A stretch of DNA of 64,000 nt from Octopus sinensis (Eukaryota), in NCBI RefSeq assembly GCF_006345805.1, contig NC_043011.1, forward strand, positions 47,814,464 to 47,878,463, read 5' to 3'. Each line of letters begins with the position of its first letter. Position 1 is the stretch's first letter. The notes under the pieces are model-generated. The model made no database searches. It was given only the letters and a program-made list of their open reading frames with translations, and was not told the origin of the DNA. Shown here piece by piece: positions 54,010 through 64,000 of the stretch. The position numbers were made by a program, and so were the translations under genes.

Positions 54010-54089
54010 TCAGATAAGAAGACTTCGGAATATTTTTGTGTCCATCTTGTTTATCTTGGGATGGAACAAATAGGGTTCGTCTCTAAAAC
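54010..54089 (-). CDS. Candidate terminal exon: (E)TNPICSIPR* (54051-54082) or (G)FRDEPYLFHPKINKMDTKIFRSLLI*
   Basis: Two TAG acceptors 7 nt apart, both open in phase 1. Confidence 0.3.
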
Positions 54090-54572
54090 CTATGTAAATT
54101 TCAATATCCAATAAAGAGTGTCAGAAGCACATCTTGCAGAGGAGTAGGAAGAGAAGATCATTGCAGCAGCAGCAGTAGTAGTAGTAGTGGTGGTGGTAGT
54201 GGTGTATATAATGTATATATTGCTCCCTGTCATTGCTCACAGCCCTTGTTTTTTGTTTGCTTTCGGGGTGCTAGATGGTAAATGTTTTTCATTTCCAAAT
54301 TTATTCCTGTCGAATTTTATCCGTTATTTTTGTGGTTTATGGAACCTAGATGTTCTCTCTAATCTGCTGAATCTCACACTAAGTGGATTCCTTATGTGTA
54401 TAAATATGCACTATATCGTATAACTAATATATAGTCTTCTTGACTAACTATTTTGCACGTTAGACCACTGGAAATGTAAAATTTGATTGAATATTTTAAA
54501 TTTAATTAAATTCCATTTCCCTTTGATATGATTATATATATATATATATATATAGGTGCATGAGTGGTTGTA

Positions 54573-54945
54573 CAGGTGTAGGCATGGCTGTGTGGAAGGT
54601 AGCTTGCTTACCAACCACATCACCCTGAGTTCAATCCCACTGTGTAGCACTTTGGACAAGTGTCTACTACAATAACTTCGGGCTGACCAAAGCCTTGTGA
54701 GTGGATTTGGTAGACAGAATCTGAAAGAAGCCAGTTGTATAAATATATATATATATATATATCTGTGTGTGTGTGTGTCTGCGTTTGTGTGCCAGTGTTT
54801 ACGCCCCTGTAACTTAGTGGTTAGACAAAAGAGACCGCTAGGATAAGTACTAGGCTTACAAAGAATAAATCCTGGGGTCTATTTGTTTGACTAAAAGTGG
54901 TGCTCCAGCATTGCTGCTGTCAAATGACTGAAATGAATAAAAGAA
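54573..54945 (+). mobile_element. SINE A
   Basis: Family consensus. Confidence 0.8.
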
Positions 54946-54973
54946 TATATATATATATATATATACTGTATGT

Positions 54974-55020
<47 letters not shown>

Positions 55021-55689
55021 CATACAACCATGCAGGTATATGAATACCTGTACAAAGATGTACTCATAGAATACACACACACAAGCGTGCACATATTCAT
55101 ACATACATATTTACACATATAACCATACACATCACATAAATAAACAGCGACAACACATGCCAAATCACATTTATACATAGCATTTTAAATATCTTCTCTG
55201 TATTGATATTTCTAATTTTTACAGAACCTGCTTAATATAATTCAGATATGAAATAGGATACTACTATATTCATGAGAAATAGCATATCAAATACATTATT
55301 TGCATTCAGAATCAAAGACTAGCTGAAGAGGAAACCTAATACCGTATTTATTTTCAATGGAAACTTAACTACAAGTATTTTTTAAGTATGCATCAACTTT
55401 CGTAGTTGAGAGAAGGAAATATACATGACAACATACTGATATGTGTGGGTGTAGATATCAGTGTGGATGTGAATGTGAGGGAGCCTGTGTCTACAACTAT
55501 GTAATAGTAATATATAATGTCACATCATCACCAACCTAACGTCCACTTCTTCATGTTTGCATGGGTCAGACTGAATTTGCTGAGGCAGATTTTCTTTTCC
55601 TTGATGCTCTTCCTGTCATCAACCCTTCTTTCCAAGCAAGGTATATATATATGTATGTTTGTATGTATATGTGTATACATATATAGATC

Positions 55690-55862
55690 GTTAGTCACTA
55701 CACACATTTTTTCTCTCCTTGTTTTTTCTGTGTCCCTTTCTGTAGAAGAGCATAGGCTCGAAATGTAAAAGTCTTTTTTTATTCCTGAGCATTATACTAA
55801 TACATCGGTTTGTTTTGTACACCAGCTGTCTTCATCTTTTGTTTTTTTCGTAAACTCTCCCT
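55690..55862 (+). mobile_element. Penelope-type repeat with hammerhead-like core
   Basis: ctgtaga-agagc-atag-gctc-gaaa; copies at 62253-62435 and, partially, 19306-19392. Confidence 0.6.
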
Positions 55863-55877
55863 ATATATATATATCTT

Positions 55878-56174
55878 GGAGCCACAATAGCCCAGTGGTT
55901 AGGGCGGAGGACTCGCAGTTGTAGGATCGCGGTTTCGATTCCCAGACTGGGTGTTGTGAGAGTTTATTGAGCGAAAACACCTAAAGTTCCACGAGACTCT
56001 GGCAGGGGGTGGTGGCGATCCCTGCTGTACTCTTTCGCCACAACTTTCTCTCACTCTATCTTCTGTTGGCCTGCTTTCTTAGCCAGTGGGGTGGCATCAT
56101 TTGAAGGCTAAATTAATGCAAAGCACATTGTGACCAGCAATTTATAGCAACATCTGATAGCCTGGTCAGTCACA

Positions 56175-56175
<1 letters not shown>
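55878..56175 (+). mobile_element. SINE C
   Basis: Family head with B box ggtttcgattccc. Confidence 0.8.
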
Positions 56176-56213
<38 letters not shown>

Positions 56214-56312
56214 GCACACACATATATACCTTATATTGTAGGTATATATTGCATTAATGTGTTGATAACTCGCTTGCCACACGTGTTGGTATTTCAATAA
56301 TATCATCCCTTC

Positions 56313-56344
<32 letters not shown>

Positions 56345-56382
56345 TATAGATATAGATACAGATAGATAGATATATATGTATG

Positions 56383-56428
<46 letters not shown>

Positions 56429-56429
56429 G

Positions 56430-56680
56430 TATCATCATCATCATCACCATCGTTTAGCGCCTGCTTTCCATGCTAGCATGGGTTGGACGGTTCAACTGGG
56501 GTCTGGGAAGCCAGAAGGCTGCACCAGGCCCAGTCTGATCTGGCAATGTTTCTACGGCTGGATGCCCTTCCTAACGCCAACCACTCCGTGAGTGTAGTGG
56601 GTGCTTTTTATGTGCCACCGGCACAATGCAATTCGGGGCGGCGCTGGCAACAGCCACGTTCGGATGGTTCTCAACGTTTC
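56430..56680 (-). mobile_element. Family D retroposon
   Basis: Closely similar to 6950-7120. Confidence 0.8.
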
Positions 56681-57435
56681 TTTTGTCAAGAGATGGGGGG
56701 GGGTCATTTACATTTTGAATAGAATGTTAGTGGTGTACTTGTGGATGTTGGGTATAGAGATGAAGTTACTTTCCAAACTGCCATGCGAAGAAGGTGTGTG
56801 TGTGGGTTGATGGAGAAAGAGAAATAGAGAAAGAAGTGTCTACACCAACACAATCACCATCACCATCATTACCAAGCCAAAGAAAGAGACTCACACTTGC
56901 ACATTTATATATATACATATATAAATATATATATATATTCGGAAAAATTTTAAATGGAGACAATCGCTCAAGATGTTATTAAATCATTTATATCTTCATT
57001 TCATCGACATATGTTTCGATGGATGCATTCAAAATACATCCGACAGGATGAATAATGATCAGCAATGCATCAATCTCACCAGGGAGGAGATATATACAAC
57101 AGTGCTCATCAAACAGACATTTTTACAGATATAAGAAACCTCAAGAAATGTGACGTATATAAATATGCATATGCACGCATGCACGCACACATATATGCAT
57201 ATATGTGTACATATATATATACAGATATATATACACATATATATATAGATATACATATATACATATACACACATACATACATGTAAACATATACCCATCT
57301 ACATATATAAACATACATACACCAAAATACATAGTAACATACACAAACACACACTAACATAAACATATACACACATTTGTACACACACATAGTATACATA
57401 CATACAAGAACAAATATAGATATATACACACACAC

Positions 57436-57506
<71 letters not shown>

Positions 57507-57509
57507 AAG

Positions 57510-57583
57510 CTATAAAATAGAATGTACATTTAAACACATCAAGGGGTTTCCATCATGGGAATCCGTTACACTAGAAAGAACAG
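57510..57583 (-). CDS. Candidate terminal exon (A)VLSSVTDSHDGNPLMCLNVHSIL*
   Basis: Weak acceptor tttggacttcag; the end resembles a class I PDZ ligand. Confidence 0.2.
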
Positions 57584-58238
57584 CTGAAGTCCAAACTACT
57601 AATTAGGGATAAATTCTCGAAGGGCATGAAAAATAAAAAAATTGCCATCTATTTCCTGGACCATGGTTTCTGACTTATTTTAGTAAATAAAATAATTTGC
57701 TAGGTGAAGTCTTCGTCTATAGGAAGCTAAGTAGTGAAGGGAACACTAAAGTTAGAAAATGCTGTTAAGGAAATGTACTTCATAGGATGAGAGCAAAAGA
57801 GACAGTTTACGTAAATAGGGAGGGGGAAAGGAGAACACAAAGTTAAAATAGAGAGAGAGGGTAGAGGAACAGGCAAAATTGGATAGATAAAAGATGGGAA
57901 GAAATGATAAAGAGAGGAATAAAGGTTATGGGAAGTAAGAATAAAGAAAAGATGATTTGCAGATAAAATTATTAGGTACGGGGTAGATACTATTTAAAAA
58001 AAGTGAAAAATGTCTTTTCCAATGTGAACATTTGCAAACTAATTCTGTACACGTGTTCTCTAGTTTATGTATGGAAAAGAGGATTGAAAACTGCTCTTCC
58101 GTACAGAGTGGACAAAAAGATTTCCCTTTATCATAGGGGAATGATCTAGATAAAGTTTTCCAGTCTAAAGAGAAAGTTTGTTAGAGTCTTTATGGTGCCA
58201 GATTAGTTTACTATGTCCTGTATAAATTCAATTAATTT

Positions 58239-58535
58239 AGGTGCAAATGTGGTTGAGTAGTAAGAAGCTTACTTCCCAAACACATGGTTCTGGGTTCAGT
58301 CCTACAGGATAGCAACTTGGGCAAGTGTCTTCTACTATAGTCTAAGGCTGACCAAAGCCTTGTGAATAGATTTTATAGACAGAAACTGAAAGAATCCTAT
58401 CCTATATAGATATATACATGTGTGTGTGTGTGTGTGTGTGCATTGTGTGTATATCTTTGTGTTTGTGTTTGACCCCTACCAACAGTTGATAACTGGTATT
58501 ACTTGACAACTAGTGTTGTTGTGTTTACATCCCCA
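58239..58535 (+). mobile_element. Diverged SINE A
   Basis: Family head and core. Confidence 0.75.
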
Positions 58536-58639
58536 TACACATGCATGTGTGTACATATATATATATATATATACATATATATACATATATATATATTAAG
58601 TTATATTATTTATTATTTATATACATATGTATGTGTTTG

Positions 58640-58673
<34 letters not shown>

Positions 58674-58728
58674 CATGCACACATATATATACATATACAT
58701 ATATATATATATCTACATGCACATACAC

Positions 58729-58775
<47 letters not shown>

Positions 58776-59075
58776 CATACTTGCATACATACATATATGG
58801 TCATCACTTTTAAATAAATCATAAAACCACATTTTGCAACACTGCTTGCTTACTTAATAAAAAAACTGTAGAATGTGGTGATGGAAATTTGGTTCCTATG
58901 TCTTGTAAGTTAAATGACTGCTTAGAGTTGTCCTTTGTTTTTCTTTTCTTTTCTTTTCTTTTTTTGTTTTTGTTATAAATACTGCCGTTCTTAAAAGATT
59001 TTAATACTTGGGGTATAAATTATTTCTTGCAAAGATTTCTTGCCTACCCATTTAACTGCCGAAAAATAAGCATTT

Positions 59076-59161
59076 CTATATCAGAGTTGAAAGAAGCAAA
59101 TTTCCGAAGCTTGAATAAACATTAAAATGTTTGTGGATGGCGATTGGTGGACAGCTATTCT
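59076..59161 (-). CDS. Candidate terminal exon (E)NSCPPIAIHKHFNVYSSFGNLLLSTLI*
   Basis: Long T-tract acceptor ..ggcttctgatcag after an AG-free zone of about 165 nt. Begins xNSCP, like 63417. Confidence 0.45.
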
Positions 59162-59607
59162 CTGATCAGAAGCCAAAAAAAAAATAAAAAAAATAAAAAA
59201 AATAAAAAATAATAAATAACCCACATACAAACACACATGCATACACAGTGGTAAATGTGTATGTGTGTGTGTAGGAGGTGCGAGGGGTGAGGAAGAGTTG
59301 ATGATGACGATGATGGGAGAAAAGTTGAGCTTTTATTTTGAGGTAGACATTGCTTTTTTTTACGAGCCAATATAACAAGAAACAAATTTAATTATTCTGG
59401 TGCCTTTTGAAATCCCCACCCACTCAACGTTGCTACTATCACTGTCACATTACCATCATCATCATCCTCATCATCATCATCAATAACAACAATAAAAGCT
59501 ACAACAAATAAAACGAAATCTATACGAAGACAAACAACAAAACTACTATATTAGCAACTGTAATAGCACCATCACCAGCACTGCAGCCACAACCACCACC
59601 ACCACCA

Positions 59608-59687
59608 CTACAACAACAACAACAACAGCAAAGCAATGACAACAACATTGCTTCTGTTTTCTTTTCTGTTTAAATGAGGGAGGCTTT
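59608..59687 (-). CDS. Candidate terminal exon (E)SLPHLNRKENRSNVVVIALLLLLLL*
   Basis: Acceptor tttacttcctcttag; the tail is partly a (TTG)n repeat. Confidence 0.2.
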
Positions 59688-60316
59688 CTAAGAGGAAGTA
59701 AATGTGTGATAGACTTAGCAGAAGGGTTGACATATAAAAAAAAAGGCAATAGTTATTTTGGTGGTAACAGTGGTGGTACGGTATATATAAGTCTTCCTCA
59801 GAATGAGTGTATGTATGTGTGTATATAATTATATATGTGTGTATATGTATGCATGTGTGTATGTACTTTTATATGTTTGCATGCACATTTGTGAAATAAA
59901 GTCTTGCAATTTGCTATTCCAATTTTAGCTAAATCAGTGCACTGTCAAAGATATATGCATGTGTGTGTATATATATGTGTCTGTGTGTGCATGCATATAT
60001 TCCTATGTATGTATAAACATGTATACGTATATGTATAACTATATGTGTGTGTGTTGTGTTTTTACCTTATAAATGCAAATTTAAACCATAAATTTTCAAT
60101 TTATTAATAAGTACAATTGAAACAGGTGTAGGAATTATGAAGTATCGTTTTATTAATAATTAACTTTCAGCTCTCCATTTTCTTTTCTGCTTTTAAGAGA
60201 ATATGGACTGTATGCATAAGATATTTCCCCAAAATATATTTGGTACAGAACCAGTGGTTTCTTGGATGTAATCATCCCTTTCTGAGGTTAATATATCCTC
60301 TATCTAACTCGTATAT

Positions 60317-60348
<32 letters not shown>

Positions 60349-60355
60349 ATATATA

Positions 60356-60836
60356 GTGCAGGAGTGGCTGTGTGGTAAGTAGCTTGCTTACCAACTACAT
60401 GGTTCCAGGTTCATTCCCACTGCATGGCTCCTTAGGCAAGTGTCTTCTACTATAGCTTTGGGCAAACCAAAGCCTTGTGAGTGGATTTAGTAGATGGAAA
60501 CTGAAAGAAGCCCGTTGCATATATGTATGTATGTATGTATATATTTTTTTATATATATATATATATAGATATATGTATGTACATGTATACTTATATATGT
60601 ATATATATATGCATGTGTGTGTATATGTTTGTGCATCTGTGTTTGTCTCCCCAACATCGCTTGACAACCAATGCTGGTGTGTTTACATCCCCGTAACTTA
60701 GCGGTTCGGCAAAAGAGACCGATAGAATAAGTACTAGGCTTACAAAGAATAAGTCCTGGGGTCGATTTGCTCGACTAAAGGCGGTGCTCCAGCATGGCCA
60801 CAGTCAAATGACTGAAACAAGTAAAAGAGTAAAAGA
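60356..60836 (+). mobile_element. SINE A
   Basis: Family consensus. Confidence 0.85.
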
Positions 60837-61172
60837 GATATATATGAGTATATATAACATAGCATCAGTTAATACTGAAATGTTTTACTGTTATTAGACC
60901 AAGTTAGTCATTGACGTTTATTAGTATGACTTTGATGTTGGTTTATGAATACCATCTTTATGCAGGTGTTACATATTTTGTAAAAACCAGTTTCATAAAT
61001 ACTGATATTCTCACTTTGGAACAGTTTAATGAAAATATCACATTTAAATTATTGAAAAGGTTGTTGATGCTAAGTTATTTAAGTATAAGGATGAAACAAG
61101 TAATAGACAAAGGCTGCATTGAGACAAGGTTTATTTCGAAGTTGATAGAGGGAAATATAAATTTAATGAGTT

Positions 61173-61300
61173 TTAAATGAAAATAAAGCAAATAAAGAAA
61201 ATAAAGAAAATAAAGAAAGAAAGACGGTAGATTGGAAATGAGATAATAAAAACAGCTTCATGAAACACGGTAGAAGAGCATTGAAAAAGAAGAAAAGACT
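61173..61300 (-). CDS. Candidate terminal exon (E)SFLLFQCSSTVFHEAVFIISFPIYRLSFFIFF...*
   Basis: Acceptor tttttatttatacctcttcag after an AG-free zone of about 170 nt. The sequence is pyrimidine-rich, so the open frame is weak evidence. Confidence 0.25.
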
Positions 61301-61534
61301 CTGAAGAGGTATAAATAAAAAGTAGACCATTTATTGAGTAAAGATACGGAAGCACAATAAAAAGTGCACATATTTATGAAAATGTATTGAAGTAAATAAG
61401 AATGTTTAAGTTGTATGAATATATAGGTAATGGTTTGTGAGAAAGATACAAGGATGTTAAGGAATAAATTAAATCTTAAGCAAGAATTGGAGAAAGGAAA
61501 GAAGACAGAAAGAATCACTATACACTTTTATTCT

Positions 61535-61961
61535 TTTAACTCTTTTTACTTGTTTCAGTCATTTGACTGTGGCCATGCTGGAGCACTGCCTTTTAGTCGA
61601 GCAAATCGACCCCCAGGACTTATTCTTTGTAAGCCTAGTACTTATTCTATCGGTTCTCTTTTGCTGAACCGCTAAGTTACGGGGGATGTGAACACACCAG
61701 CATTGGTTATCAAGCGATGTTAGGGTGACAAACACAGACACACAAACATATACACACACACATACATATATTTATATATATATATATATATATATACGAT
61801 GGGCTTCGTTCAGTTTCCGTCTACCAAATCCACTCACAATGCTTTGGTTGGCCTGAGGCTATAGTAGAAGACACTTGCCCAAGGTGCCACGTAGTGGGAC
61901 TGAACCCGGAACCATGTAGTTCGGAAGCAAGCTACTTACCACACAGCCACTCCTACGCCTA
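61535..61961 (-). mobile_element. SINE A
   Basis: Family consensus. Confidence 0.85.
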
Positions 61962-62252
61962 TAAGTACTTAAATAAATAAAACTAAAATGATGTTCAAGA
62001 GTCAACAAGCAAAATTAGAATCGAGATGTATTTCTAATTATGGGGAAAGAGGAAGTTTACCAATCATTTTCATTTCTCCAGCAAAATATATTTAAACAAA
62101 ACTTGGATAGCCAAAAGATTTTGACACAAAAATGTAAGCTGGAAATAAGAACTCTAAATATTTATAGGATATTTAAAGAGTGTCAAGGAAATTTGAAAAA
62201 TGATCAAAGAATTTCAAAATAGTTCTGCCTATAAAACTTATAGTCGCCATGA

Positions 62253-62435
62253 TAGATCAGTAGCCACTACACACATTATTTTCTCTCCTTGTTTTTTTCT
62301 GTGTCCCTTTCTGTAGAAGAGTGTAGGCTCAAAACATAAAAGACTTTTTCTATTCCTGAGCTTTATACTAATATATCTGTTTGTTTTATACACCACCTGT
62401 CTTCGTCTTTTGTTTTTTTTCGTGAACTCTCCCTA
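62253..62435 (+). mobile_element. Penelope-type repeat (decayed hammerhead-like core)
   Basis: Homologous to 55690-55862. Confidence 0.6.
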
Positions 62436-63292
62436 CAATATATTTAGCATGTAGGTACACTAAAATTCTACAGACTAATTTTTGTTTTTGGTAACAACAT
62501 CTTGATATGCTTTAATTCCTAGAATTACACAATTTGAGGGCAAGAGAAAATATGAAAAATTCTTCACAACTATGTAAACAGAATGTCTAGATCTTCCAAA
62601 AGATGGTTTGGTAATTTCATTCACTAACTCAGTAATTTAATGCTTGCAGTACCTTCATTAAGTACCGTGAAAGAGAAGCAATCTTTCTTTCTTAGCATTC
62701 TTGAAAGTATATGTATGCTGTGTGTAACTATACTTAAAGAAACACACTACTCGTCATTTAGAAGTTTATTTAGAATTATCTACCAATTTTGTTCCTGTGC
62801 AAAATATTAACTCCATTCTGTCACATTTTCCATTAATTTGGCTTGAGTTTATGGTGGCACAAAATAATTGGGGGTGGTTAGATCATAGAGGCCTCATGAT
62901 ATAATTTCTTCTGTTGAAATCAGAAATTGGATTACTGAGGCTGCTACAACAGCTGTAGCTAATTTTCAGCGGGTTTTTGTAGAAAAGTTTGTGAACATCA
63001 TCATCATCATGCTGGCATGGGTTGGATACATCAGTGACTAACTGAAAAATAGCCCTCGATGAGGCTTAAAATGTTTTTTCATACATTGAATGTTACAATC
63101 TGAGTGTGAGGAGGATTAAACCAAATGATGCTAAACTTATGTAACTTTTTGTGCTTCACAGTGTGTTATGACATATGCATTTAATAATGAAAGCCACTCT
63201 TTCCTAAAATATTGATGTTGTAAGGTGAAATCTAAGATCTCATAGTCATGAATAATTTATGTATAACATGAAGTATCACATTTCTAACATAC

Positions 63293-63417
63293 TTAGATGT
63301 TAGAAATGCAATGCATAATGTTATTCACAAAATTATTAATGATGATGAGAGCTTGACTGGAAGTTTTATTAATACAAACAAAATCTTCATTTGGATTCTT
63401 ATAAGGACAAGAGTTAA
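63293..63417 (-). CDS. Candidate terminal exon (V)NSCPYKNPNEDFVCINKTSSQALIIINNFVNNIMHCISNI*
   Basis: First AG after an AG-free zone of about 120 nt; 41 open codons in AT-rich DNA. Confidence 0.4.
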
Positions 63418-63914
63418 CTATAATTAAGTTTATACATATGTGAATGTATGGATACACATACACACATATACATAAACATATGAATGTGTGCATATGTGTG
63501 TGTGTATTTGTATGTATAGGCATTATGTGTATTATTTGTGCTAGCGAGGATGGTGGACATGATGTTATGTTGATGATGATGATGATGATGATGTGTGAGT
63601 ATACGCGTGCATGCATGTATATAAATATACATAGAGACACACATAAATATTTGATTATCATTTCATTCGCTGCCAATGAAATGATAATGAATATTACATA
63701 CAACACTTGTACACATTTGATGCATTCACTATTTAAAGGTTTTCTGTATGTTAAAACACTACTTTTTACTATTCACAGATACACATCTACATGTACAGAT
63801 GTATAAATACATATATGCATATATGCATAACATGGACATAAATATGCATATGTATATGTATATATGCATATTTATAAATACAAATATGCATATATATGTA
63901 TATATATGTGTCTG

Positions 63915-63957
<43 letters not shown>

Positions 63958-64000
63958 CATATTTATATACACGTGTGTATATGCATACACATTTATGCAC

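Overview
This is AT-rich eukaryotic DNA, most likely octopus (inferred from SINE families and microsatellite load), with no long ORF. Nearly all ORF-track entries are microsatellite or SINE artefacts. The window is dominated by five dispersed SINE-like families, plus Penelope-type hammerhead-ribozyme fragments, HERO-, RTE- and Dong-like LINE remnants, a deleted mariner, piggyBac/hAT/mariner MITEs, one young Helitron and a CpG-decayed tRNA-Asn pseudogene. The most interesting signal is a series of about 15-20 short unique-sequence islands. Each lies just downstream of a minus-strand splice acceptor, several of which have 120-170 nt AG-free zones. Read in phase 1, each gives a short peptide ending in a stop, some with CaaX-, PDZ-ligand- or hydrophobic-tail-like ends. 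My hypothesis is a large array of alternative terminal exons of one minus-strand gene whose constant exons lie beyond position 64000. This is unproven: the acceptors were hand-picked and phase 0 is also open for several of them. Repeat boundaries are approximate.
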